Part shown: positions 1-8,978 of the stretch, piece after piece
How the letters are laid out: each line of letters starts with the position of its first letter
Numbering within the stretch: position 1 is the stretch's first letter
Assembly: GCA_000999595.1 (NCBI GenBank)
Contig: LCJH01000001.1
Span: forward strand, 1-55,815
Length of the DNA: 55,815 nucleotides
DNA from: Microgenomates group bacterium GW2011_GWA2_44_7
GTDB taxonomy: Bacteria > Patescibacteriota > Microgenomatia > GWA2-44-7
Reading direction: 5' to 3'
Made by a program: the position numbers and the translations under genes
Notes under the pieces: generated by a model
Told to the model about the DNA's origin: nothing
The model's input: only the letters and a program-made list of their open reading frames with translations
The model's database searches: none

Positions 1-370
1 TTTTTCTCGCCCATTCATTTGCTTTTTGGATAATCTCCAACCCCGAATTCTTATCCAGATGTTCCAGTACTTCGATCATGATGACGGCATCAAAACTTTT
101 TTTGGGAAAGGAAATATCCTCAATTCGTTTACATATATAGCGATTGTGAATCTTCCTTTTTTTTGATCTGACAAGATATTCGCTAAAGGGCTCTACGCAA
201 ACGCTATGTTTTACTCCCGCACAGAAAGAGAGAGGAGACTGGGGACCGCAACCCAAATCTAAAACAGACTCACAACCGTTGAGCTCTGTCTTTAGGCAAT
301 GAACTGTTGTGTGGAAGAGCCGTTCCATAATGGGGTTGTGGTAAGCGGATCTAACTAAATCGTTAAACAT
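1..370 (-). CDS. Class I SAM-dependent methyltransferase, partial (C-terminus lies beyond the window start)
   Basis: Not in the ORF track because it is truncated. My minus-strand translation from the ATG at 370-368 reads MFNDLVRSAYHNPIMERLFHTTVHCLKTELNGCESVLDLGCGPQSPLSF...KKSFDAVIMIEVLEHLDKNSGLEIIQKANEWARK. It has LDLGCG (motif I) and FDAV..IEVLEHL, typical of Rossmann-fold methyltransferases. Confidence 0.7.
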   Translation of the reverse strand, partial: MFNDLVRSAYHNPIMERLFHTTVHCLKTELNGCESVLDLGCGPQSPLSFCAGVKHSVCVEPFSEYLVRSKKRKIHNRYICKRIEDISFPKKSFDAVIMIEVLEHLDKNSGLEIIQKANEWARK

Positions 371-383
371 GATAAAACATCCC

Positions 384-1100
384 CTATCGGAAAATCTTTC
401 TTGCTTTGATGGTAATAAATTGGCTGTGTGTGGGCTCAAGCCGACCTAAAAATGCCGGTAAGGGGAAATAACCTGCACCCATTGTGTCTTCCGGGGCAAA
501 TCCGTGTTTGGCAAACAGTTCCTCCAGGGCCCGTATGGCAAGTACTCTGGTATGCATCCAACTTTTTGATTCAATCGGACGACCACGGCTCAGAGCAAAC
601 CGATTGCCCAATCCCCCTCCGGAAACAACACTTATGTTGGCAAGACTAAAGGGTTGCCAGCCAAGCAACAGAGAGCAGATATTACTCCAGCTAGCTAAGT
701 TCTCCGTTGAGACGATACAATATCCACCAACCCTAAGAACGCGGTTTATCTCCTTGACAAAATTATCCAGGTCCCACAGGTGCTCAATGACTTGGTTCGC
801 ATGAACACAATCAAAGAAGTTGTCAGGGAAAGGAAATATTTTATTCAGGTCTCCCTTTTTTGCTTTCACTCCACGTCTTTGCGCTTCTTTCAGCGATTTT
901 TCACTGACATCCACTCCAAATAAACTTCTCGTTCCAATTTTTTTTCCCAGTTGAATTGTCCAATTACCATCGTTGCAACCAAGATCTAAGAGCTTTGCAC
1001 TTTCGGATACTTGTAACAACGATAAAATATTCGCTTTATTCAAGGACATACTTTCATCCCAAATTCTTTGCATGAAACCTCTAATGATAGGCACTTTCAT
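384..1100 (-). CDS. Class I SAM-dependent methyltransferase
   Basis: 238 aa ORF with LLDLGCNDGNWT (motif I), FDCVHANQVIEHLWDLDNF and RVLRVGGYCIVSTEN (Methyltransf_11-like). Its stop is 13 nt upstream of the next gene's start. Confidence 0.85.
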   Translation of the reverse strand: MKVPIIRGFMQRIWDESMSLNKANILSLLQVSESAKLLDLGCNDGNWTIQLGKKIGTRSLFGVDVSEKSLKEAQRRGVKAKKGDLNKIFPFPDNFFDCVHANQVIEHLWDLDNFVKEINRVLRVGGYCIVSTENLASWSNICSLLLGWQPFSLANISVVSGGGLGNRFALSRGRPIESKSWMHTRVLAIRALEELFAKHGFAPEDTMGAGYFPLPAFLGRLEPTHSQFITIKARKIFR

Positions 1101-1143
1101 AGGAAATAATTGTTATTAGGACAATCACTGAGAACAACGTTTG

Positions 1144-3381
1144 TTATGAATCCTTGACATTATCCCGTCCAGGGCCTTTTTGGCCATTAGGCATTAAGCT
1201 CGTTTTGATAAGTATAACCGAAAGGCCGACAAAGAGAATAATTATAAGAACAGTGAAAATATCAACTGACAGAAGGCGGCTGTTATATACGCTAAAAAGG
1301 CCACTCAGGTGGCGAAGAGCAACAGCCATAAATGCAAGATAGCTTACCAGTACCACCAGTCTTAGCCCGTTTGTTACCTGAGATAATCTTGCCAGTACAT
1401 ACGAAATCGCCAGCGGTACGACAAAAGGAAATAAGAGAAAGAAAGTACTTCCGTAGCTATACCATCGATCATAGCGATGAAGATATCCAAGCCAATATAT
1501 TAAAAGCGGGGCGACGCTTAAGAACGCTATTGACCAGTTTTTACGATTATCTTTAAAGAAATAATAAACAAAAAGTATTAGTATAACCGGCGTTAGATTC
1601 GCAAAAAGGGAGAATCGAAAAAACTGTTGGAGATAGTCATCTGAAAGGGGTGAGAGGACAACGTCTTTTCCCCCCTTTAATAAGACGTTTGGGATAAAAA
1701 GCGAGATCAATATTAATGATTTATTTTGTATTAAGTTGCTGTCGGTTTTCGTAACTTCGTTAAAGTAATAACTGCTGTCTCTAGTACTTAACTTATCTAA
1801 TCCGGATAACTTGGGAAAGAAATACCAGAGCCCGACCAAAATGCCCAAGATAAGTGTTATTGGCAATGTTTTTCGTGCAACTTCTATTAGATTTCGATTA
1901 GTAAGGAAATAAAGGATTAATATGGTCAAGCTATAAATTAAAGTAAGCGGGTGGATTAAAAAAGCGGTGCCCAGTAACAGGCCAATTGCCAATGTGGGGC
2001 CTTTACGAGGACCCAAAAGTAAAAGTAGAGATAATAATACCGGATAGAGCGTAAAGTACTTGTAATAGACTTCTATGTTAATCGGCATTTGCGACAGTTG
2101 AACATTAAGCAACATCATTAAGCTGGCTGCAAAAGCTATTCGACCGGAGAATATTTTCTTAATCACGACATAAAAAGATACGTAATAAAGTGAGGCTAAT
2201 ATCTCCAAGAAGCGTTGATACAGAAAGTGTCCCTCACCAAACAATCCGATCACGATCGTTACCGCCAGAGGGAGAAAGGGAGGTTTGTCAAAGACCGGAG
2301 TATCTTGCGTGAGCAATTTTACTTCCGGGCTATTTAAGGCATAGCGATTATAATAGACCCTACCAAAACCCCACGGGAGACGACTGTCAATAAAGTATCC
2401 CATATAGCCTTCGAACGGAAGAGAGCTCCGGCTATCAAGATATTCCCCGATAACGGGCATATTAAAAAGAAGATCTCTTCTGGCAATTGGGAAAAATATT
2501 ACGATGATAGTGATAAACCAGATGGCAACAATAGCTTTTTGTGATTTTAAATCCCGGTACGCTTTGCTGAGCAATAAATAGAAAAATGAAGCGAGAAAAA
2601 GAAGCCAATAAAAACCATAAAACCACTGTGCTCCGGAAATCAGGCGAACGGTTCCGAAAATGACTAATAGAACGAAAGAAAAGATCGGACTGAATATTAA
2701 TAAACTTTCCGGATCCAACCTCTTGGCTAATAATCGGCTTGTAAGGTGAAGAAATGCGTAACCCGGGATAACAATAAGGGCTAGAAAAATAAAATAGTAA
2801 ACCCAGTAGTTAACCAGTCCTTGTTGAGTTAAGAGGTCTTTAAGAAGTAGGCTAAATTGTCCTTCTTCAATTCTTCTATAAAATTTCAAGTCCTGGAGGC
2901 AGACAGCTTGCGGTCTACCTATTGAATCTAGGGACGGCTCTTTTACCGCCAGTTCAAAAGAAGAAACTACATGACTATCGGGAGATACATATTTAAAAAA
3001 TGATTCCCGATAATTATCTCTACTTACCCAAAGCCTGCGAATGTTTTGATTATCGACATAGTAAACGTCGAAAGACGAAGGATTAAAAGACATCGAGCTG
3101 TCGGTCCCGGGGAAAAAGATAGAAAAACCATTTAGAACCGTAGGCCTTGCAAATTTTAGGCTGATAGTCTTCGGGGTGTCCAAAAAACAGGCTTCCCCGG
3201 TTGACGCCGGGTGCGAAAATATTTGCCAGACGCCGATTTGTGAATTTGAAGATACTAAGTCCTTGGTTTGTATCTGATAATACCCGGAATCCTGATTAAT
3301 CTTTAGGTAAAGCCCGATCAGGGAAATCGTTATCAAGCTAATTGCTACCAACCACTTGATAAATTTCATAGACCTAACCAT
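1144..3381 (-). CDS. Large polytopic membrane protein with an N-terminal extracytoplasmic domain (putative GT-C-like glycosyltransferase, family unassigned)
   Basis: 745 aa ORF. It starts with an N-terminal anchor helix (FIKWLVAISLITISLIGLYL). A non-membrane, beta-rich segment of about 160 aa follows. After that come at least 12 hydrophobic helices running to the C-terminus. I recognise no named-family motif; function is inferred from architecture and context. Confidence 0.45.
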   Translation of the reverse strand: MVRSMKFIKWLVAISLITISLIGLYLKINQDSGYYQIQTKDLVSSNSQIGVWQIFSHPASTGEACFLDTPKTISLKFARPTVLNGFSIFFPGTDSSMSFNPSSFDVYYVDNQNIRRLWVSRDNYRESFFKYVSPDSHVVSSFELAVKEPSLDSIGRPQAVCLQDLKFYRRIEEGQFSLLLKDLLTQQGLVNYWVYYFIFLALIVIPGYAFLHLTSRLLAKRLDPESLLIFSPIFSFVLLVIFGTVRLISGAQWFYGFYWLLFLASFFYLLLSKAYRDLKSQKAIVAIWFITIIVIFFPIARRDLLFNMPVIGEYLDSRSSLPFEGYMGYFIDSRLPWGFGRVYYNRYALNSPEVKLLTQDTPVFDKPPFLPLAVTIVIGLFGEGHFLYQRFLEILASLYYVSFYVVIKKIFSGRIAFAASLMMLLNVQLSQMPINIEVYYKYFTLYPVLLSLLLLLGPRKGPTLAIGLLLGTAFLIHPLTLIYSLTILILYFLTNRNLIEVARKTLPITLILGILVGLWYFFPKLSGLDKLSTRDSSYYFNEVTKTDSNLIQNKSLILISLFIPNVLLKGGKDVVLSPLSDDYLQQFFRFSLFANLTPVILILFVYYFFKDNRKNWSIAFLSVAPLLIYWLGYLHRYDRWYSYGSTFFLLFPFVVPLAISYVLARLSQVTNGLRLVVLVSYLAFMAVALRHLSGLFSVYNSRLLSVDIFTVLIIILFVGLSVILIKTSLMPNGQKGPGRDNVKDS

Positions 3382-3400
3382 TTTTTATAAAAAAATCTGC

Positions 3401-4405
3401 TTAATTAAACTTTAGCTGTTTTTCAGGAATATTCGGGCGAGCAAGTTTTGCTTTGTAGTTATCGACTAGATATCGAAGTAGTGACCGCGGAGTAAGAATT
3501 GTTCCGAGAGAAAAAAACCAAAATGCGGGAGAGAGTATATTCCTCCACCTTAGTTTTAACATAACGAGAATTTCCCTATATAAAATAAATGGGGTTTGTC
3601 CGTAATTTTTTAGTTGGATCAGTCCTAAATAATTCTGAAGCATGTGATCCTTGGCTATTCTCCTGACCGAGTTAAACTCTGTTTCCCTGAAGACGGTATC
3701 AAACATCTTCATCCAAGAGAGGGTAGGAGAAACGGAATAGATCTTTGGTTTGGATCGCGTCTGGCTTACAGAAATACCGATGGCCACGGTGTAATCTTTC
3801 AGAAAGACACAGCTTGATCGCTTGAGAATTTCCATAAAGGGATAGATATGAGCGGGGAACACTTCATGGTGAAAATGGGTAAAAAGGTCACGGCGATAGG
3901 CAAGCCCGGATAGTTGTCCGACACTTTCGATAATGGGAATTATCTTGAGGGGTGTTTTTTTTATATCAATATTCCGGTCTTTGCGGGGATCTATCGGAGG
4001 AATATGCCTGACAGGTTTTGTAGGATCGGTATCAAACCAGTAATACGCCCTTGTCACCACCCCTACCTGAGGATCTCTACAAAATGCATGAACAGTTTTT
4101 GTGATGCCGTCATTGATCAATATATCGTCATGAGCCATAAGATAGATAATCTCTCCTTTTGCTAACTTTTCCAGTTGTTGAAGATTCCTACCGTAGCCTA
4201 AATTATGTTTGTTTTTCTGCACCCGGAGTTTACTAAAGCGAAAAGACCTAATTATACTTATCGTTTCATCACTGGAAGCATCGTCACTTATGACAATCTC
4301 TACATTTTGGTAGCTTTGTTTTTTTAGCGATTCCAATAGCGGTCGAATAATCTTGGCCGAATTGTAAGTAGGGATACAAATACTAACGAGCGGATTTGAG
4401 CGCAT
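3401..4405 (-). CDS. GT2 (GT-A fold) glycosyltransferase
   Basis: 334 aa. N-terminus VSICIPTYNSAKIIRPLLESLKKQSYQNVEIVISDDASSDETISI, with an acidic motif at YLMAHDDIL. Overlaps the upstream gene by 23 nt. Confidence 0.8.
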   Translation of the reverse strand: MRSNPLVSICIPTYNSAKIIRPLLESLKKQSYQNVEIVISDDASSDETISIIRSFRFSKLRVQKNKHNLGYGRNLQQLEKLAKGEIIYLMAHDDILINDGITKTVHAFCRDPQVGVVTRAYYWFDTDPTKPVRHIPPIDPRKDRNIDIKKTPLKIIPIIESVGQLSGLAYRRDLFTHFHHEVFPAHIYPFMEILKRSSCVFLKDYTVAIGISVSQTRSKPKIYSVSPTLSWMKMFDTVFRETEFNSVRRIAKDHMLQNYLGLIQLKNYGQTPFILYREILVMLKLRWRNILSPAFWFFSLGTILTPRSLLRYLVDNYKAKLARPNIPEKQLKFN

Positions 4406-5495
4406 TTTTTATTAGCGTAAGTTCTTTATTAATAACATCGATTTTATCAAACCTATTAACGAGAAGCTTGGCGTTGTTTAGATTAGGACGGTTACCCTTA
4501 AATACTTTTAACAATTCGCCGGCAAATGCGTCGACGTCCCCTACTCCCACCATTTTTACTACTGATTTAAAGTTCTCTTCGAGAGCCGGTAGCCGATAAG
4601 CAACAACTTTAATCCCACAAGATAATGCTTCAGCGGCCACCATACCGAAGCCCTCTTCGTAACTCGGAAGCAGCAGTACTTTGGAGGCCTTCATAAGTGC
4701 ATAGACGTCTTCGTTTTTTGGAAGAAATCCTAGGATGATGATATGTTTCTCCAGTTTCTCTTTCTGGATTATCATTCTTAATATTTTCTCTGTACCCCCG
4801 ACGTCTTTGCCGATGACAGCTAATTTCGCTGCCGGTCTTACCTTTATTACCTTTTTCCATATGGGAATTAAATCAAAGACTCCTTTTGATTTTCTCAGCT
4901 GGCCTACAAAAATCCCCTCGTATCGTTCCTTTGAGGGGGTAATTGTTGCTATTTTCTTTAAGTCGATTCCGGGTGATATGAATTCGACTTGCCCTGTAAA
5001 AAAACCGTGCCTCCCGATCAACTCCTCTTTTAGTCCCTGGTTATCAGTGATAATTAAATCGGCTGACTTTATTAAAAAAAGGCTTACTTTTTGAAAAAGG
5101 TAAGAGATGATTCTTTCGGGCGGAACTATATGGAAAATTTTCTGTATCCATAACCGGTGTTTACTTTTCCTAAGTAACCAAGCGGGGAGGACATCGGGTA
5201 AAAAATCGGACGACGCGTACACGACGCCGTCCTTAAAGGGGCGAGACCTTAAGAAAAGAAATGTTTTTAGTAATCTCTCTAAATAGATGAAATAGACGTT
5301 GCCAAACTTTGTTTCGCGCGAAGTCACAATGAACTTCGCCTTAATGGCGCGGTCTTCACACAGCTCCCTCCCCATTTTCGAAGTAACAATTACTAAGTCT
5401 TCTTTTAAGCCAATTTCTTTGGCTATATTTAAAAAACATGCGTCACCCCCGCTTAAGCCCTGTGAGTAAGCATTCAAGAAACCGACAATCCTCAT
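4383..5495 (-). CDS. GT4 (GT-B fold, Glycos_transf_1) glycosyltransferase
   Basis: 370 aa. C-terminal VLLLPSYEEGFGMVAAEALSCGIKVVA carries the E-x7-E signature. GQLRKSKG is a typical start of the C-terminal Rossmann domain. Confidence 0.8.
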   Translation of the reverse strand: MRIVGFLNAYSQGLSGGDACFLNIAKEIGLKEDLVIVTSKMGRELCEDRAIKAKFIVTSRETKFGNVYFIYLERLLKTFLFLRSRPFKDGVVYASSDFLPDVLPAWLLRKSKHRLWIQKIFHIVPPERIISYLFQKVSLFLIKSADLIITDNQGLKEELIGRHGFFTGQVEFISPGIDLKKIATITPSKERYEGIFVGQLRKSKGVFDLIPIWKKVIKVRPAAKLAVIGKDVGGTEKILRMIIQKEKLEKHIIILGFLPKNEDVYALMKASKVLLLPSYEEGFGMVAAEALSCGIKVVAYRLPALEENFKSVVKMVGVGDVDAFAGELLKVFKGNRPNLNNAKLLVNRFDKIDVINKELTLIKNALKSAR

Positions 5496-5622
5496 CTTTC
5501 CTTTCTAATCAAAGTTTATAAATATCCTCATTCTCTCTTCTTGGTGATTCAAAATTATATATTTTAAATGTAATATCTTTTAGTTATCAATGTCAAAATA
5601 AAAAGTCAAGTTCTATCCATTC
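5496..5622 (-). promoter_or_regulatory. AT-rich intergenic region with candidate sigma70-type promoter(s) and an RBS for 4383..5495
   Basis: One of the few real gaps in the cluster. The minus strand reads ...CTTGACTTTTTATTTTGACATTGATAACTAAAAGATATTACATTTAAAATATATAATTTTG...GATTAGAAAGGAAAGATG. It has two TTGAC(T/A) boxes, several TAnnnT boxes and an AGGA-type Shine-Dalgarno about 8 nt before the ATG. No transcription start can be fixed from sequence alone. Confidence 0.3.
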
Positions 5623-6516
5623 TCAATTCCGAATAATATAACCAAAACCGTCAATGATCCCTCTCATATATTCTCTTAGTGCGTCATAACGCCGATACTT
5701 CAATGAGATGAGAAGATAAAACAAAGGGAATATGGGATAAATTACCAGAAAAAAAATAAAGAAAACCGAGTGTTTTTTCATAAAAATAAGTTTATTTCTC
5801 GCCGTCAAATAAGCATTATTTAACCATGCCTCAGTGTTCTGAAAGGGAGCTTTATGATAAAAACGACTCGTTGGTACGTAAAGAATCTTATACCCTGCCT
5901 TTCCCATTCTATAGCAATAATCTGCATCTTCATAATAAACAGGGAAAAAGGCCTCATCGAAAAAACCAACCTTTTTAACTACTTCTCTTTTTACGAGAAC
6001 CGCCCCTCCGGCCCCCTCGGTAGGTATCAGCTTATCAAATCGGCCGTCATCAGGGCCCGAATTTGACCAATTGATACCTGTTATCAAACCTACCGACGAA
6101 CCAGCGTATTGAACAATATTTGGAGAATGATAATACAAAATTTTTGCCGTCGCTCCACCATATTCCGGTTTATTATTTATCGATAAAACTAACTCGCTAA
6201 TCGCGTTCGTTTCAGCAACAAAGTCACTATCAAGAAACAAAATATAATCTGCACCCCTTGGTAACAATCTGATGCCCTGATTCTTACCTCCAGTTGCCCC
6301 AGAATTTTTTGAATTACGAATTACTTTTATCTTAGGGAAACGTTTTCTGATGTGTGAATACGTATCGTCAGTGTTGGCTTGATCAATTACTGTTATTGTC
6401 CAGTTTTTGTATTTTCCTTTTACTATCGAGCTAATATTATCTACTAAATCGCGGCGGCGGTTGTTATGGGAAGGAATAACGATTGACACCATTGGTTCTT
6501 TTCTGTTATCTATCAT
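5623..6516 (-). CDS. GT2 glycosyltransferase, COG1216/WbbL-like, with C-terminal membrane helices
   Basis: 297 aa with VSIVIPSHNN, VIDQANTDDT, FLDSDF and YYEDADYCYRMGKAGYKI. Hydrophobic tail FFIFFLVIYPIFPLFYLLI. Confidence 0.8.
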   Translation of the reverse strand: MIDNRKEPMVSIVIPSHNNRRRDLVDNISSIVKGKYKNWTITVIDQANTDDTYSHIRKRFPKIKVIRNSKNSGATGGKNQGIRLLPRGADYILFLDSDFVAETNAISELVLSINNKPEYGGATAKILYYHSPNIVQYAGSSVGLITGINWSNSGPDDGRFDKLIPTEGAGGAVLVKREVVKKVGFFDEAFFPVYYEDADYCYRMGKAGYKILYVPTSRFYHKAPFQNTEAWLNNAYLTARNKLIFMKKHSVFFIFFLVIYPIFPLFYLLISLKYRRYDALREYMRGIIDGFGYIIRN

Positions 6517-7313
6517 TATGTCCTTACAACGTAAATTGCGACTTCTGGATTAGTGAAGTCAGTATTAGGGTTAATTTTATAAAAGTCTATGTTATTAGGG
6601 TAATTTCTCTGTAAATTTCCAATCAGTTTATAAAATTTTCTATGGGCAATCAATCTTAATAGTTTGGTGTGATTAGCATCAAATTCAAAAATTTTTCCGA
6701 AGATGTTACCAATCGCCGACCGTAAAAAATCTTTATTTTCCTGACGATCACTTCTCCTTACGAGAGTCCGACCTTGCCCATAAAGAGTGATATCTGAACC
6801 AGCGAATGATTTATGTAAAATCTTTGATAGCTCGATAATATCAAATTCATAGATATGAAATTTATTAGCCGGTGGATACTGATGGAGAAAATTGTTAGGG
6901 GTAGAAAGAATTAGGGTTCCTCCTCTCTTAAGATACTCCTTGAGTTTCTTCAAGAAGAATTTATAATCTGGAACGTGCTCGATTGTCTCAAAACAAACTA
7001 TCGTATCGAATCGATGAGTTAATCTTAAATTTATATCATGCTTATTTTCCATTAAGAACTCAAGATTGGGCTTCTTATATTTTCTTACGCAAAACTCCAA
7101 AACATCCTTTTGGACATCAACGCCGACGACCCTTCTTGCAAAACGGCTTAAATAAGAAGAACCGTAACCTGTTCCACAGGCAATATCTAGAACTACTTTT
7201 CTGTTTGCAAATTTAGAGGCGAACTTATAACGATTAATATGGGCTCGATAGATACCACTACCTGGGCTATTTATCATCCTTTCACCGGTAAACTCTAGTT
7301 TATGGTTTCGCAT
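6516..7313 (-). CDS. Class I SAM-dependent methyltransferase
   Basis: 265 aa with VLDIACGTGYGSSYL (motif I), FDTIVCFETIEHV and RGGTLILSTPN. Shares one nucleotide with the downstream gene's start. Confidence 0.8.
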   Translation of the reverse strand: MRNHKLEFTGERMINSPGSGIYRAHINRYKFASKFANRKVVLDIACGTGYGSSYLSRFARRVVGVDVQKDVLEFCVRKYKKPNLEFLMENKHDINLRLTHRFDTIVCFETIEHVPDYKFFLKKLKEYLKRGGTLILSTPNNFLHQYPPANKFHIYEFDIIELSKILHKSFAGSDITLYGQGRTLVRRSDRQENKDFLRSAIGNIFGKIFEFDANHTKLLRLIAHRKFYKLIGNLQRNYPNNIDFYKINPNTDFTNPEVAIYVVRT

Positions 7314-7316
7314 AAA

Positions 7317-8285
7317 TCATAATTGTTGCTTACCAGTAATAAACCCTTTCAAAGAATAGCCAAAACTGACGAAAAGAAGACTAAAGTTAACAAACGGCAC
7401 CAGTAATATGCGGGGGTTTTTCCACTGAGATAGATAGACGTGTCGTGTGTAAAAAAACGCATAGAAAATAATGATAATGACGCCTAGATACTGAACAAAG
7501 GGAACAGTCAGGCTCAGGAGGAGGATTTCTCTGTGAAAAGTGATGATAGTCCTACTTATTCCCGGTCCTGGTAGCCCATATCTTTGTGTGACAGCACCAT
7601 AGGCCTCTGCGTATTGAGCATGCTTACGGAAAATTGCTCCTACTCCAAAACTTGGCTCGAAACCATGAAGATGTTCAGTCTCTGCCCGAGACAGGACTAT
7701 CCTTCCAATCTTCTTAAGTTTTCTCATAGCATCTTCGTCCTCTCCTGCGCTATGGAAAGTTTGACCATCAAATAATCCAACTTTCATCAACGCCTCTTTT
7801 CTAAAACCGTCAAATTTCCCATTAGCTCCGGACAACACAACTCCAGCCCCTCGGTCAAAAAAGACCTTTTGCCAAAAGCCATATGTTTCCCATATTTTAA
7901 ATGGAATTTCTGCCGAATGACACGAAACAACGACCGTCTTATCTAAGATGAGAGGTGAAACCAGTTTCTTGAGTTCTGTAAAACTTTTAAGTCTCATATC
8001 CTGATGCATAGTAACTACAAATTCTCCTAACGCTCGTTTTATCCCGGCGTTATAAGCATTCGCCAGACCGAGAGGGTGTTTAAAGTTTAAGAGATCTGCT
8101 TTAAGCCTATATCTTCCTAAAACCCTATGGACAATTCGCAGTGACCGATCAGTAGACCCATTGTTGACAACAATTAATTTATAATTCACACCTTTTTGCC
8201 CTATGAGGCTAAGAAGAGCGGTCTTAATAGTGGCAGCACCATTAAAGAGTGGTATCACTACACTGACAAGTGGTTTTGCTTTCAT
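7317..8285 (-). CDS. GT2 glycosyltransferase with C-terminal membrane helices
   Basis: 322 aa with VSVVIPLFNGAATIKTALLSLIGQ, LIVVNNGSTDRS and an acidic motif at SAGEDEDAMRKL. Two or three C-terminal hydrophobic helices. Confidence 0.75.
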   Translation of the reverse strand: MKAKPLVSVVIPLFNGAATIKTALLSLIGQKGVNYKLIVVNNGSTDRSLRIVHRVLGRYRLKADLLNFKHPLGLANAYNAGIKRALGEFVVTMHQDMRLKSFTELKKLVSPLILDKTVVVSCHSAEIPFKIWETYGFWQKVFFDRGAGVVLSGANGKFDGFRKEALMKVGLFDGQTFHSAGEDEDAMRKLKKIGRIVLSRAETEHLHGFEPSFGVGAIFRKHAQYAEAYGAVTQRYGLPGPGISRTIITFHREILLLSLTVPFVQYLGVIIIIFYAFFYTRHVYLSQWKNPRILLVPFVNFSLLFVSFGYSLKGFITGKQQL

Positions 8286-8978
8286 AATTCAATACCTGAA
8301 ACTATCGGTGTAAGCCGGTAGGGGAAGTCTCCCCAAAATCCTCTGGACATATAATAAGGGAGTGAAGCTACGAAGACAAACTAACGCGGTTTACTTCTGC
8401 GAATATCACCCAGTGTTTCCGATAACAAAGAACAAATCAAAAGGCACATTGAGCAGCAGAGTGAAGAGGATTTTGGGCAAGCGAAGCTTGAAGTGTGAGA
8501 AAAACCGGTTGCACAAGCTGCCGATAGTTCATTTATACAGTAAGCTCGCGAATTTCTTTATAGCCTCGGTCCTTATAAATAAACTTATTCTTTACTGGAT
8601 CAAAAATATTTGAGGACAACACGTTAACCTTTTTTGTTTTTTTTGAAAAAAAAGAGAGCAACATTGCCCGATGCGTTTCACCTTGTTGTACAATCATTAT
8701 CTAAGGCTAATTATGCTTTCCTTTCATCCAGGCAAACCCGACATTGAAACCCATAACTCCAGAATAAATGGCATCTTAATAAAGCATAAATTTCGCTGCC
8801 ATTTATTGGCAAGCTCATATACCCTAGGATCATTGCTATTGTCAACGACAAACGGTTCATGGCTTTAAATAACGACCTTTCTCCTGACCTAATAAGACGC
8901 AGGATATTCTAATAGCCGCGTGGCCCAAGTCCGGTGACAACGTTAATCATCATTCTTGGGGTTGCTTTAAGAGTTTTA
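8286..8978. other. 0.69 kb gap with no convincing gene (possible decayed gene remnants plus a promoter region)
   Basis: No minus-strand ORF of 60 aa or more. My minus-strand reading gives only short open stretches. One is MMINVVTGLGPRGY-TAG-NILRLIRSGERSLFKAMNRLSLTIAMILGY.... In another frame there is EPFVVDNSNDPRVYELANKWQ, reminiscent of the VVDNgStD segment of GT2 enzymes. Homopolymer runs (T and A tracts) lie at about 8630-8655. Confidence 0.4.
8351..8379 (-). promoter_or_regulatory. Candidate sigma70-type promoter for 7317..8285 and downstream genes
   Basis: The minus strand has TTGTCT (8379-8374), a 17 nt spacer and TATTAT (8356-8351), about 65 nt upstream of the ATG at 8285. This is a pattern match only. 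Confidence 0.2.

Noticed and set aside
8321-8334. A small inverted repeat, GGGGA-AGTC-TCCCC, upstream of 7317..8285, considered as a terminator.
   Set aside because: The stem is only 5 bp. On the minus strand it is not followed by a U tract, and on the plus strand it is followed by A residues. It does not fit an intrinsic terminator.
8362-8868. Two plus-strand ORFs (8362-8613, which is GTG-initiated, and 8671-8868) in the coding-free gap.
   Set aside because: The translations have no motif, odd composition and no RBS that I can see. They run against the direction of the whole cluster. The gap is better explained as a decayed minus-strand gene plus a promoter.
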